A DNA stretch of 64,000 nucleotides from contig OZ024748.1 in the NCBI GenBank assembly GCA_964016885.1, positions 18,662,001 to 18,726,000 of the forward strand, in the 5' to 3' direction. This document shows, piece after piece, positions 1 through 11,217 of this stretch. This stretch comes from Eledone cirrhosa. Its lineage: Eukaryota. Position 1 is the stretch's first letter. Every line of letters starts with the position of its first letter. The notes below the pieces were generated by a model that saw only the letters and a list, made by a program, of their open reading frames with translations, had not been told where the DNA came from and searched no databases. The position numbers were made by a program, and so were the translations under genes.

Positions 1-624
1 GGGGGGGGGGGGGCGTTTCGGAACTCCAGGGGGGCGTTTGGGAGCAAGGTCACGTTAGGGGGGAGGGTTGAAGCTGGGAGAGGGGGGTTGAGGGGGCGCT
101 GGAAGGCTCTTTATTTTGGTAAGTTTTATAAGCCATATTTGTATGTCTTTGAGACAGCCAGTCTGAATGCATTTGAATGAGCTTGCAGACAGCATGACTA
201 TAGTCTGACCGCAGCTGTGAGCAGGTGTGTCCGGTAATTGAGATCCTAAAAATGGAAAAACTCACAGTCAACTGGGTCAAAGACACTTTGAGTGCAACCA
301 GTTAGAATCTTATCTTTCCTTCACCGATAACAATGTATTTCATGTCTGAAATTATTGACTCAACCGTAACGAGTTAACACTATGTAGATCTATTTTATTC
401 CCTATTGTATAAATAATATTACAAATAAAAAAAGAAAAGAAAAAACAGAAACGAGTAGCACACACATCTAGGATCACATGCAACACATAATCAGATAATA
501 CACACATCTAGAACCACATACAACACAATCAGATAATACACACATCTTTGGAATATTGTTAATCAATTTTTTAGTAATCTACTGATACAAAAATCAGTAG
601 TTTCATGATTTCGAGGGACAAAAG

Positions 625-660
625 GGGGGGCGTTTGGCCTAAATGGGTTGAGAACCTGTG
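625..660. mobile_element. Possible hAT-type MITE terminus
   Basis: GGGGGG...AAATGGGTTGAGAACCTGTG resembles hAT right ends (GGTTGAGAACCACTG); partner end not visible. Confidence 0.35.
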
Positions 661-1289
661 CCATAGAGTACAACTATATATAAATTTCTGCGATTCTGTC
701 ACATGTAAAGAGAGAGGAGTAGTTTGATTCTCTCTTTACGTCCACTGCCTGTGTGAATGTGTGTGTGTGTAAAAGGAAAGAAGGGGCTGGTGAAAAAACT
801 ATGCTGTGTGTGAGTGTGTGTGTGTTTGTATGGATGTATGTGTGTGTTTATTTTTGTACGTTTATATTTATATACTCATACATATAAATGTATGCATATG
901 CACACACACACACATACACACACACATATGCGTCAGCGTATGTAAAAAAATTCCAGTACAACAAAATTATATAAGACATTAATTGATAACAATATAATCT
1001 TCTATATAGAATTGCACATGAAGCAAGACAAACAATTATGGAGGCTCTACTGATATCAGAAAATAAAGCAAAACTGAACACAGATAATAAACATATGGCT
1101 TACGGAGCCCACACACACATACATATACATATGGGTGGTTTTGTTGCATAGAACCAGAGCTGGGTTTGATCAGGTTGGCATCAAAATTATTAATGGCTCC
1201 CTCTATCATGATTTATGAACATGTGTGTACATGTTATGTTAGAAATTATTATTTTAAACAAACAAAGGGAAGAGGGTAATGCTGGGGGT

Positions 1290-1604
1290 GAGATTTGGAG
1301 TAGAGTTGCAGTAGGGTGTTGATTAGAAAGTTTGAGATCACAGCTCTGATATTACAAACATGTGATTAGAATGTCTCAGGAAAGAATTGCTGGACAGATT
1401 TTGCAGGCAAAATCAAATGGTAGGAGACCCAGTGGTTGACCACAAGCAAGGTGGTTGGCTAACATCTATAAGCTCCACTGGTCTCCTTTGGGAATCCAGC
1501 TGTATTAATTGGAGACAGTTGCTTCTGACAGGACCCACTGGAAGGTGTATTTGAGGACTTTTGCCCCCTTGACCCTCTCAGGAATAAGTGGGTGAAGAAG
1601 AAGA
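1290..1604 (+). mobile_element. RTE-clade LINE 3' end (related copies 52960-53340 + and 35172-35310 -)
   Basis: HVIRMSQERIAGQILQAK..GRRP.G*P.ARW = RTE ORF C-terminus; (GAA)n tail; three mutually similar copies in the window. Confidence 0.75.
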
Positions 1605-2177
1605 AAAAAAACAGTTCCGTGTTCAACTCCTGCTAAAGTTTGACTTTGCCTTTCATTCCTTTGGGAAGTTCTATAAATAAGTACCAATGATGTACTGGAG
1701 AGGGGCTGGGATTGGTTTATTAAATTGACTACACCTGCTCCCAGTTCCTTTCTAACAAAACATTGTGGCAATGTGCCAAATTAAGATATTATTCTTTAAC
1801 AAATGGGAATTAAAAAAACATGTGATCCCTATCTACTTCTTTATAATGGTGAAGAGAGCAGAGAGGGGGAGTAATTATTATTATTTACTACTACTACTAA
1901 TTATCATTTATAGTTGTTATTGTTATTTATTACTATTGTTAACATCATTATTATTATTATTATTGAATGCCATGGTTGACGGAGGCTCGGCTCTATAAGG
2001 TATAGTAATTTTTAACCGTTAAAACAATTGTAAATTGTTTAAAACTTGAACCAAATTGTTGATAAAGACACCCTCCTCCTCGTGAGAGGGGTCTTTCTGT
2101 CCGTTATTTGGCCCTTCGGGGTTAAATAACCAGTTATTGGGGTTTTGTACCCAAAATTTCATTTTAAACAAAAAAAC

Positions 2178-4274
2178 ATGGCTACCAAAAAGAAATTTCA
2201 TACGTCACTCCCACTCATTCCGTCTTCTTCTTCCTCAATCATCACTACAGCAGAGAGAAGATTGTCTCTCTCCCTCCCTTCTTTAAATGTGTCTCTCTCC
2301 CTCCCTTCTCTTTCGCAAGTGACGAAAGAAAAGAAAAGTCTCGTGCAAAGCGTGCAAGGTTTCTCCACGACGACGACGACAGCGACGAAACAGGTGTGCG
2401 GGAAATACGAAAACCCAGTTCATTCGTCTGACGTCAGGAATAATAGCAGTAGCAGCCGTAATAACAACAGCAACAGTGACAATGAAAACAACAGTAGCAG
2501 CCGCAACAGCATCACCAGCAGCATAAACAACAACAGCATTAGCAGCAACAACACCAACAACAACCACAGCAACAGCGGCGGAGGCAGTAGTCGTAGTACC
2601 TGCAGCAACAACAAAAGTACCAGCAGCTCTGACGACAACAACAACAGCAGAGAAAAACCAATCTCATTTGCAGGTATTGCGAAAAACCTGGAAACAATCC
2701 TCATAACAAATGAGGAATTAGAGGAAGCGAAGAAGATGGTGACAAAGAACGGACACCGAGCAATCTGCAAGGCAGCGAAAAATTTTTTCGAAACCCAAGA
2801 GCACTGTACGGTCACGTACCGTACAGTAAGTACAAAATCCCGTAGGGTGGAAAGAGCCACAGAGGCCCAAATACAAAAAGCCTTGGGGTCTGTGTGGCAG
2901 AGGAAAACGCACATCACCCGAGGCAAAAAATACGCCACCGTAGACGTACTTTTTGCCACACCCCAGGAGGCAAAGGCCCAATCAGTAGTGACCCTAAGGA
3001 GCGAGGAAATGGTGTTGGTGCCCTCCTACTGCGGGCAAAAAATTGTGAGGGTCAAACTGACCCACGTCCCCCCCGGAATGACCCCTTCTTGGCTGGCCGC
3101 GTCTGTCCTCGTCGGAATCGAGGACAAAACAACTGTACTGCAAGTACAGAAAAAAGTAAGAGAAGATTGGGTCGGCTCCTCCATTGAGATGCTAATCCAA
3201 ACCAACCAGGAGTGCATCGAAGCTATCCCGGATGTGATAGACTTCGATAACGGCACTCAACTGCCCATAAGTGTTGAGGGCAAACGCCCGAAATGCTTTC
3301 GCTGTGGATCGAAGACTCACCTCAGGGCCTTCTGCAACGAGAAGACCATGAGAAAGGAGAAAACCCCCCTCCTCCCGAATCCGGTTCCACGGCTACCAGC
3401 AACAGGACAAGCGGCAACCAGGAACGATAGGTCCGTGGCACCCATACCCACTCCACGGAAATCAAAGACAGCAGCAGCAGTGGAAATATTAACAACAACA
3501 ACAGCAATACCAAATGCAGCTGCAACAGAGACTCCAGTGCAAACATCACCAACAACAACAAGTGAAAGAGTGGAGCTGGTACCCCTCCCCGACCTTACAG
3601 AATCAGACATGGAGTGTGAGGTGGGAGAGGGATGGCAAAAGGTCTCAAGAAGGCACAAACGCAGAAGCAGCGCATCGTCGCCTTTGAAAAGGGAGGAAAG
3701 AAATGAGAAAAGGGTAAAGTCTACTGCAAAGAGACCCACAGCAGCAACACCACCAACACCATCACCACCCACACCAGCACCACCATCACCACCGGCGACA
3801 ACCCCACCGCCAACAACACCTTCAACACCACCACCACAAGCACCAACATCGCAAACACAACAACAAAACACACACACCCAGCAACAACGACAAGAAAATA
3901 GCAGAACCACACCTCACCCCCAGAAAAACAAATGCACGGCAATAAACACACACAACAAGAAACTAATGACTTACATAATTGAACACACAGACATTTCACA
4001 ACAGGACTACATAATACCAGCACCAATCAAAACGCCAACTAACATAAGACTGCTAAAAATAGCACAGAAACAATACACAAACATTAAAACGAAATTCCCC
4101 AACGCAGTTGGTGATTTCAGGGACCTAGGAGGAACCATTAATCGAAGAGTATATTCAGACATGATCTTAGAAGAGCCGACGACCAGCCGAAGGGACGATT
4201 CAACGGTCCCTTCACCAGACGATCAAGTGAAAAGGGATGTAAAAACCATCCCTCCTCTACCAAAAGTACGGTAA
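2178..4274 (+). CDS. LINE ORF1, gag-like nucleic-acid-binding protein with CCHC zinc knuckle
   Basis: ORF 2145-4274, first ATG at 2178; CFRCGSKTHLRAFC = CX2CX4HX4C; S/N-rich and P/T-rich low-complexity segments; lies directly upstream of the APE-RT ORF. Confidence 0.88.
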   Translation: MATKKKFHTSLPLIPSSSSSIITTAERRLSLSLPSLNVSLSLPSLSQVTKEKKSLVQSVQGFSTTTTTATKQVCGKYENPVHSSDVRNNSSSSRNNNSNSDNENNSSSRNSITSSINNNSISSNNTNNNHSNSGGGSSRSTCSNNKSTSSSDDNNNSREKPISFAGIAKNLETILITNEELEEAKKMVTKNGHRAICKAAKNFFETQEHCTVTYRTVSTKSRRVERATEAQIQKALGSVWQRKTHITRGKKYATVDVLFATPQEAKAQSVVTLRSEEMVLVPSYCGQKIVRVKLTHVPPGMTPSWLAASVLVGIEDKTTVLQVQKKVREDWVGSSIEMLIQTNQECIEAIPDVIDFDNGTQLPISVEGKRPKCFRCGSKTHLRAFCNEKTMRKEKTPLLPNPVPRLPATGQAATRNDRSVAPIPTPRKSKTAAAVEILTTTTAIPNAAATETPVQTSPTTTSERVELVPLPDLTESDMECEVGEGWQKVSRRHKRRSSASSPLKREERNEKRVKSTAKRPTAATPPTPSPPTPAPPSPPATTPPPTTPSTPPPQAPTSQTQQQNTHTQQQRQENSRTTPHPQKNKCTAINTHNKKLMTYIIEHTDISQQDYIIPAPIKTPTNIRLLKIAQKQYTNIKTKFPNAVGDFRDLGGTINRRVYSDMILEEPTTSRRDDSTVPSPDDQVKRDVKTIPPLPKVR

Positions 4275-4309
4275 GTGGTCTTTCCCATCTTTTCCACTCT
4301 ATTTTAAAC

Positions 4310-7300
4310 ATGACCTCACTCAGAATAGGCAGCATAAATGCGCGTGGCTTGGGGTCGTCATGGAAGCAGGGTCACCTGCTCAACGACCTCAGGTCACTAA
4401 ACATAGATGTAGTGGCCATCAGCGAGACCAGAATCTCCGAAGCACGGGCCTTCGCACCGATCTTCGGCGGCTACGATGTGTACGCATCTCCCAGCCGTCC
4501 TGGATCGGGTGGAGGAGTTGCTGTGCTTTTTCGGAGAGGTTTGGATCTCGCCATACGGGCCATCTTCCTGGACCCAGAGGGTAAGCTGGTGGTGCTGGAC
4601 GTGACCAGCGGAGACGGGCAAGCTTTCAGGCTAGTGGCCGTCTATGCCCCGACAGGAGCAGGGCGGCCTGATTTCTTCCGGCGTCTGGAGACCTTTCTTG
4701 GAACGTCCCGCTCTTTAGTGTTAGTGGGCGACTGGAACAGGATCTTAGATGCACGCTGGGACTGTGTGGGATTAGCGGATAGGGGTGGAGGGTGCAAGAG
4801 CCTCACCAACCTGCTCAGGCGTTTTGAACTGTCTGACAGGTACCGATTGGATTTCCCGAATGTGCCAATGTGGACTTGGACAAACCGCATAGGGTCATCC
4901 AGATCATATCTAGATAGAGTATTTTGTAGGGAAATAGATAGGTCTAGCATAGGCTGTCCACAATTCAAGATAGTCAGCTACACGGACCACAAATTCGTGA
5001 CCTGTGTGCTTGACTTAGATAGGCTTCATAGACGAGGACCCGGCTACTGGAAGCTAAACGCGTCCTTACCAGCGCGCAAGGCCTACAGAGACCGGATTAG
5101 CGAACTAGTTAAGCGGGCGTTGACGGGGGCCATCGTCAACAACAAGTGGTGGTTTGCTCTGAAAAGAGCGATTAGAATAGAATCGATTAGGTTTAGTAAG
5201 GCTTTAGCAATAGAGAAAAATAGAGCAGAGGGAGAACTAGTTAGAAAATTAGACGAGGCGCTTAGCAAAGGCATTGCGACCGACGTGCTTGCGGCGAAAT
5301 TGGCCCTTGACCAATTCTTCAATGCAAAGCACGAAGGCTGCGTTGTCAGAGCTAGGGTGCGTGCTCTCAGACACGAGGGGACGAAAGCCGTTCAATGGGC
5401 CCGAGTGGCGGAGGCGCGTCGTGGCAACAAAGCCACGATCCGGTCTTTGGTGGACCACGACGGGCGCATGCTACTCGATCCCGGGCAAATGTGTGAAGCT
5501 TTTCAGCAACACTTCGCTCAGCTGTTCGGGGGCAGCGGGGGGCCGGGTAGAGGGATGGACTTTAGTGTCTACCTCGACGGACTGCCGCGGCTCTCGGCCA
5601 CTGAGGCGAAGTGTTGCGAAAAGCCGATAACAGCCGCTGAAGTAAGGGAGGCGATGACTGGCTGCACAAGGGGCAAATCGCCTGGTTTGGATGGTCTGCC
5701 CTATGAACTTTACGTACAGATGCCAGACTTGTTCGGAGGCCTCTTGGCGGACGTCTACTGCAACTGGCAACAGAACGGGAGAATTCCCAGTTCTGTGAGC
5801 CGAGGAGCGGTGGCACTGCTGAGAAAGGATCCGAACAAGGGGGATAACATAGACAATTTCCGGCCCATAACTCTGCTAAACACAGAGTTTAAGATTTTGG
5901 CCAAGGTGCTAGCAAAGAGGTTGGCGCTTGTCGTTGGTGGTCTGGTGGGAGAGGCGCAGACATGCGCCATTCCCGACAGATCCATCCACGACAACCTCCA
6001 CCTCATGCGATACATCGTAGAGAGGGTAGCTAGGGAACCTGGCACGGGTGGGTCCTTGATCAATTTAGATCAGTCGAAAGCTTTCGATAGGGTCGACCAT
6101 CGTTACCTAGCGGCAGTCCTGAGGGCGGCTGGCTTTGGGCCCGTCTTCAGAGGCTGGATCGCTGCCATGCACAGCGACATCTGCTCTGTGGTGAGAGTGA
6201 ACGGTCACCTGTCGGAACCGTTCAACATCATGCGCTCGGTCCGCCAAGGATGTCCCCTCTCGTCCCTCTTGTACGTATTGACTCTCGAGCCATTACTGCA
6301 CAAACTGGAGACGTTGAGGGGAGTCCCGCGCGAACTAGGATGCGGAAGATCCGTGTCAGCATATGCGGACGATGTCACCGTAGTGGTGTCGAACGCCAAA
6401 CACATCGAGGCGATCGGCACTACACTAAGAGAATACGAAGCGGTGACAGGAGCAATGATCAACCAGGAAAAGTCAGTGGGCCTGCAGCTCGGCACCTGGA
6501 GAGGCAGGTCCATGCCGTCCAACAGCGTCGTCGGGCGCTGGACGGACGGACCGGTTAAATTGCTAGGGGTCTGGTTCGGTCCGGACCTCCAGACGGACAA
6601 AAACTGGGACGAGGTGACGAGCAGGGTGGCTTCTCTCACCCAGAAATGGGCGGAGAGGAAGCTATCCCTGAAAGGTCGAGCGGAGGTGGCTAACGCGTAC
6701 ATCGCGTCTGTCATCTGCTACCGCCTAACCGTCGTACCTTGTCCTAAGCCTCGCCTGACTGCGCTGGAGCGTTTGCTCTTTCGCTTTTTGTGGAAGGGAC
6801 GTGCTCCGATGGTCAGGCGGTCCATCTGTTGTCAACACCCGCTACGTGGAGGGCTGGGCATGCCGTGGCTGATGATGCGCAGGCACGCGCTCAGGCTACG
6901 ACATCTCCACCTCTTCCTCGACGGTGATCAGGTGTGGTCGCCGTTTGCTAGACGCGTTTTTCCCCAGCTCGTTTCCTTGACGGAGCTGCAGTCCTGGGTC
7001 AAGCGAAGACCGAGAGGGAGCGCCTGGAGACTGGAATGTCTTCAGGCGCTCACAGCCCTCGACCAATCGGGCAATGTGATCGGTGGAAACTCCACCTCGG
7101 CGTTCTATAGAGGATTAGTGGAGGGGAAGAGCGACGACGTACTTGGGGAAACTCTAGGCGTCGACGAAAATCAACTAGCCAATCTCTTCGGAAGAACTTT
7201 CGGGCCAGGGCCTATGGACAACTTCCAGAAATCTCTGGCCTGGCAGTGCTACCGAGGAGCCTTGCCAGTTCGGGATAAACTCTACAGGCATGGAGGTGCC

Positions 7301-7729
7301 GTCAGCCGGGCATGTCCGAGATGCGCGCAGGGCGACGAAACCGTCCTGCACGCACTCGTCCAGTGTCCGAAAATTGCTGACTTGTGGGTTTATGTCGAAC
7401 ACCTGCTGTCGCGTTTAGGACGGATCCAGCTATCATCTGAGTCTATCGTGAGGATTGCCCCGCCCTCCTCCTTTAGCCGGGAAGGGCAGGCAGTTTTTAT
7501 CTGTCTGGTGGCCATGGCGAAAGAGATAGTATGGTGGACACGTTTGAAAGGGCTGAAGACGAGCACTTACCTCTTCGGTGATGCTCTGATTGACTTTTTC
7601 AAATTTCATTTGAAAAGGAAAATCAGAGTAGAGAAGGAAGTGCTCTCTTCCCAGCATTTTGTTGAAAGATGGGTGAGAGAAGCAAGAATGGCCCGAGTGA
7701 ATGGGCCGACTCTGAGTATATATCTGTAA
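4310..7729 (+). CDS. LINE ORF2: AP endonuclease + reverse transcriptase + C-terminal Cys/His zinc-binding domain (1139 aa)
   Basis: APE motifs SINARGL, ISET, GDWN, YLDR, YTDH, GYWKLN; RT motifs KSPGLDG, FRPITLLN, DQSKAFDRV, SVRQGCPLS, AYADD; C-terminal CPRC...ETVLHALVQC; no stops or frameshifts. Confidence 0.97.
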   Translation: MTSLRIGSINARGLGSSWKQGHLLNDLRSLNIDVVAISETRISEARAFAPIFGGYDVYASPSRPGSGGGVAVLFRRGLDLAIRAIFLDPEGKLVVLDVTSGDGQAFRLVAVYAPTGAGRPDFFRRLETFLGTSRSLVLVGDWNRILDARWDCVGLADRGGGCKSLTNLLRRFELSDRYRLDFPNVPMWTWTNRIGSSRSYLDRVFCREIDRSSIGCPQFKIVSYTDHKFVTCVLDLDRLHRRGPGYWKLNASLPARKAYRDRISELVKRALTGAIVNNKWWFALKRAIRIESIRFSKALAIEKNRAEGELVRKLDEALSKGIATDVLAAKLALDQFFNAKHEGCVVRARVRALRHEGTKAVQWARVAEARRGNKATIRSLVDHDGRMLLDPGQMCEAFQQHFAQLFGGSGGPGRGMDFSVYLDGLPRLSATEAKCCEKPITAAEVREAMTGCTRGKSPGLDGLPYELYVQMPDLFGGLLADVYCNWQQNGRIPSSVSRGAVALLRKDPNKGDNIDNFRPITLLNTEFKILAKVLAKRLALVVGGLVGEAQTCAIPDRSIHDNLHLMRYIVERVAREPGTGGSLINLDQSKAFDRVDHRYLAAVLRAAGFGPVFRGWIAAMHSDICSVVRVNGHLSEPFNIMRSVRQGCPLSSLLYVLTLEPLLHKLETLRGVPRELGCGRSVSAYADDVTVVVSNAKHIEAIGTTLREYEAVTGAMINQEKSVGLQLGTWRGRSMPSNSVVGRWTDGPVKLLGVWFGPDLQTDKNWDEVTSRVASLTQKWAERKLSLKGRAEVANAYIASVICYRLTVVPCPKPRLTALERLLFRFLWKGRAPMVRRSICCQHPLRGGLGMPWLMMRRHALRLRHLHLFLDGDQVWSPFARRVFPQLVSLTELQSWVKRRPRGSAWRLECLQALTALDQSGNVIGGNSTSAFYRGLVEGKSDDVLGETLGVDENQLANLFGRTFGPGPMDNFQKSLAWQCYRGALPVRDKLYRHGGAVSRACPRCAQGDETVLHALVQCPKIADLWVYVEHLLSRLGRIQLSSESIVRIAPPSSFSREGQAVFICLVAMAKEIVWWTRLKGLKTSTYLFGDALIDFFKFHLKRKIRVEKEVLSSQHFVERWVREARMARVNGPTLSIYL

Positions 7730-8428
7730 ACTAAAGGTGGAAAACTGGGAGAGGGCACTTGCCTTGGTGGTCAGGGTCATTGTGGCTTTTTACTGGGCTT
7801 TCTCCACAAATGTCCCTCCGAAGTCTCCCCCCTATTGGGGAATTTTTCATTGTTATTTTCATTGTTATTTTTGTTACATCCTCTGTTTTTGTTTTTTTTA
7901 CACGCAGAAATGCCCATTTGTACCGTCCTGCATTGTCCTGCACTGTCCTTAATGTCTACTTTATGTAAACCCTTGTGGTTAATAAAGAAATCATTATTAT
8001 TATTATTATTTATTTATTACTGTATTATTATTATTATTGTTATTATTATTAGAACTAAGTGGATATTTTGGCTCCTTTGTTAACAAGAAATGAGTTGCCG
8101 TGCAAAAGCTCCCCGTTTTTCTGGCACCAAACTTGTTTTTAAAAAGGGGGATGGGTGGGGGTGTATGATGAAGTATAAGTGTGTACAGGTGTTCTGTGTA
8201 CACCATTCCATTTTACCTCCTCAGTCAGCAAATAAGGGTGGAGAAGGAGGAGGAAGAGAAGGTGAGAGAGATAATGGTATGAAGAAGAAGGAAGAGGTTA
8301 TAGAATTAATTTTTAAAAATTACATAGGAATAATTGTATGTAGAGAAAGTAGGTAGATAGATGGAGAAACATAGAGTATAGAGAGAGGGGAAAAGGAGGG
8401 AGAAGCAGATGGTGGTGTTAGGGAATGA

Positions 8429-8472
<44 letters not shown>

Positions 8473-8475
<3 letters not shown>

Positions 8476-8600
8476 GGAAAATTTGAACAGGAACAAAACA
8501 GAGAGGCAGTACAACGAATGTTTATTAATTTCACGCTCTTGAGAGTGGGGAACGACGTTTCGGGCATAAGCCCTTCTTCAGGTGAAAAGTGTGTGGGAAG
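8473..8600 (-). repeat. Short dispersed element end (second copy 19072-19146) with AATAAA, abutting a microsatellite
   Basis: GAACAAAACAGAGAGGCAGTAC...TTTATTA.TTTCACGCTCTTGAGAGTGG shared by both loci. Confidence 0.7.
8554..8581 (-). ncRNA. Minimal type I hammerhead ribozyme-like motif in a PLE-type short element
   Basis: Minus strand CTGAAGA-a-GGGC-ttat-GCCC-GAAAC-GTC; stem I weak. Confidence 0.55.
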
Positions 8601-9333
8601 AGAGTTCAAAGGGTCTGTAGGGGAGTGGTGGAGAGACATATAGCAAAAGGGGGGTGGGAGGAAACGGTGCAAATGAAATTAAAAATAAAAGCATGATCAA
8701 AATAAAATTAAAATTGGGTAAAACAGGTGGTGGAAGGGTGTGGGGCATGTAGGGGTGGTGGTGGGTGGAGTGGGGAGAGGGAGACGGGGTGTCCGAGCGG
8801 GGAGGGCTGAAGGTGGTGTGTGTGTGTGTAGGTGTGTGTGTGTGTGTGTATATATATATATGTGTGTGTGTGTTTGTAAAAGGTACACAGAAATAACAAC
8901 ACAATCGGTACAGTATATGGAAGGAATATATTAGGTTAACGCTTGAGAGAGAGAGGAATAGTGAGTGGTGGTAGGGTATCAGAAGGGGACAGTTCATGTA
9001 GGAGAGAGAGTTCGAAATAGGGAGAGAAAGAAAAGCAATAAATGTAAATAATAGATAGATAGAGAGAGAGAGAGAGAGATGTAATGGAACTAGAGAAATA
9101 AAGTTACAGACAAAAGGGGTAGGAAGACAGAAAGATATATAAATAGGGAGGTATAGAGAGAAAGAGAGAGAGAAGCTTATTGAAAAAGTTTGTGTTTGGG
9201 ATGTGTTGATAAAAAGAGAGGAAGATAGAAAGGTTTAGAGATAGAGAGAATTGTAGAAATGACGAGAGAGATAGAGGCATGAGAAAGAAAGGAAGAGTGG
9301 TGGAGATGTATGTATATATATGTATATGTGTGT

Positions 9334-9388
<55 letters not shown>

Positions 9389-9794
9389 TCCAGTGGGTGA
9401 AAGGAGAAAATGTTGACTCCATAAAAATAGCCCCAAATTTAATCAATAATCTTAAAGCCAAGGTAGTAGTGGCGGCAGTGTTTGTGGGGGGTGGAGGTGG
9501 TGTTAGTGTTGTTACTGGGAGGTATTGGTGGTGGTGTTGGGGTTAATAGTGGTGGTGTTAATGTTAGGTGACGGTGATGTTGGTGTTTGTGGTTCCACGC
9601 CAATGACTTGTTAGGTTAGGTGAACACACTACATCACTTCCTCTTTAATTCTCTGGCCTCAATTTAACATAAACATATTTTCTAAGATGTAGAAATGACC
9701 TGTCCATTTATTTTTATATTTCTCTTCCTGCACTGTTCTAGAAACATCCAAATAGTCATATGTAAATTATGAAGGATATTTACATATATTATTC

Positions 9795-9970
9795 TGGCAG
9801 TATCGGTAGAGGGTCAGACGCCATGCTTTGAAGCATAGTTACGTCCCTTTATGAGCTGAGTTCAAATCTCGCCGAGGTTAACTTTGCCTTTCATCCTTAT
9901 GGGGTCGATAAAATAAAGTACCAGTAATGTACTGGGTAATTGCTGGCCTTGTGCCAAAAGTAGAAACCTT
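9795..9970 (+). mobile_element. tRNA-derived SINE with Nin/Deu-like core (family A; copies also ~1620-1757, 11570-11930, 12108-12420, 14750-14920, 17875-18092, 21915-22062, 32960-33200(-), 51094-51190, 52055-52550, 53395-53990, 62015-62360)
   Basis: A-box TGGCAG.ATCGGTAG, B-box GAGTTCAAAT, core GCCTTTCATCCTTxxGGGGTCGATAAA, (ATT)n tail; many similar copies. Confidence 0.85.
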
Positions 9971-11217
9971 TATTATTCGGTGTGGCAATAAAATAAAGTA
10001 TCAGTAATTTAATCAACATTCCCATATCTTTAAATTGCTGACCTTGCGTTAAAGACAGAAACAATTATTAGTATTTGTTCTTACTCTCTGAATTCAAATC
10101 TTGTTGGAGTCGATTTTGCCTTTTCACTTTTTGGAGGGAAGTAGAGAAAGTGGAAGACCAAGAAAGACATGGCGGTTAAAGATGATGAAAGAAGAAGTGA
10201 AAACCAGAGGTTGGTGTGGGGAGCAGACAAGTAAATATCTGCTTTCATAGGAAAAATGGTTTTAAATGCTTGTTGTTTTCCTTACTTTAGTTTCTGATAT
10301 TTTTTTGTATTCTAAGTTTGCTAATATGTTAGGAGCCAACATTACATTTAGATCATGGTTATTTCCTCCCCAAATTTTATACTAAAATATTGTCATGGTT
10401 TCATTTTTTGATGGCTATAAAATATGCATGTAGGATAGAAACATATTTCTCTCATGTCTGTATATATATATCTTTTCCTCTTGTGTTTACATTTTTTCCT
10501 CTCGTGTTTATTTACATCTTTTCCTCTCGTGTCTATATACATCTTTTTCTCTTGTGTTTATCTACATCTTTTCTGTTTTATTTCTGTAAAACCCAACACT
10601 ACGGCTTTTCTGTTTTATTACTCTAAAGCCTGACAGAACATCTTTTCTGTTTTATTTCTGTAAAACGCAACACTACATCTTTTCTGTTTTATCTCTCCAA
10701 AGCCTGACAGTACATCTTTTCTGTTTTATTTCTGTAAAGTCTGGAAGTGTTTTTTTTTCTGTTAAGTCTAACACTGTATTTAGATAATCATCATATTCAT
10801 CAGGTAGCATTTTATTTGTTTTGTATGCTCCATATTTTTTTACATATTACCTTGGAATATCTGAGCCCTATGTAATTTATTGACCTGTCAAGTCACAGAC
10901 CATGATATAAAATGATGATATGATGACTGTTAATGATCTTGATAGGATGTTGGTGTTAACCATGATGATATGGTGTTGGTGTTAACAATGATGAAATTGA
11001 TATGATGATGGGGGTATTGATGATGATAATAATGATAACAATGGTGATGATAATTTATCTATCACTCCCCCTTTTAACCTTCGGCTGAATGATATGGGTT
11101 TTTTTTTATTTGTATTTGTAATTTTTTTGTTTCATTTTTTTTTTTTTTTCATATTGTTTATGTGTTATTGGGGAGGCCTGAAGCATTTTGACACTTTGTT
11201 GGTTTGTTTACACGTAG

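Larger units (their letters stand above)
1965..7989 (+). mobile_element. Full-length Tx1/L1-clade non-LTR retrotransposon (ORF1+ORF2), inserted in an (ATT)n microsatellite
   Basis: Two long intact ORFs; GC-rich relative to flanks; 3' end CCCTTGTGGTTAATAAAGAA; identical 21-bp ATCATTATTATTATTATTATT at 1944-1964 and 7990-8010 (TSD). Confidence 0.93.

Noticed and set aside
2283-7780. Antisense and alternate-frame ORFs within the LINE
   Set aside because: Shadow ORFs of GC-rich or low-complexity coding sequence; no motifs.
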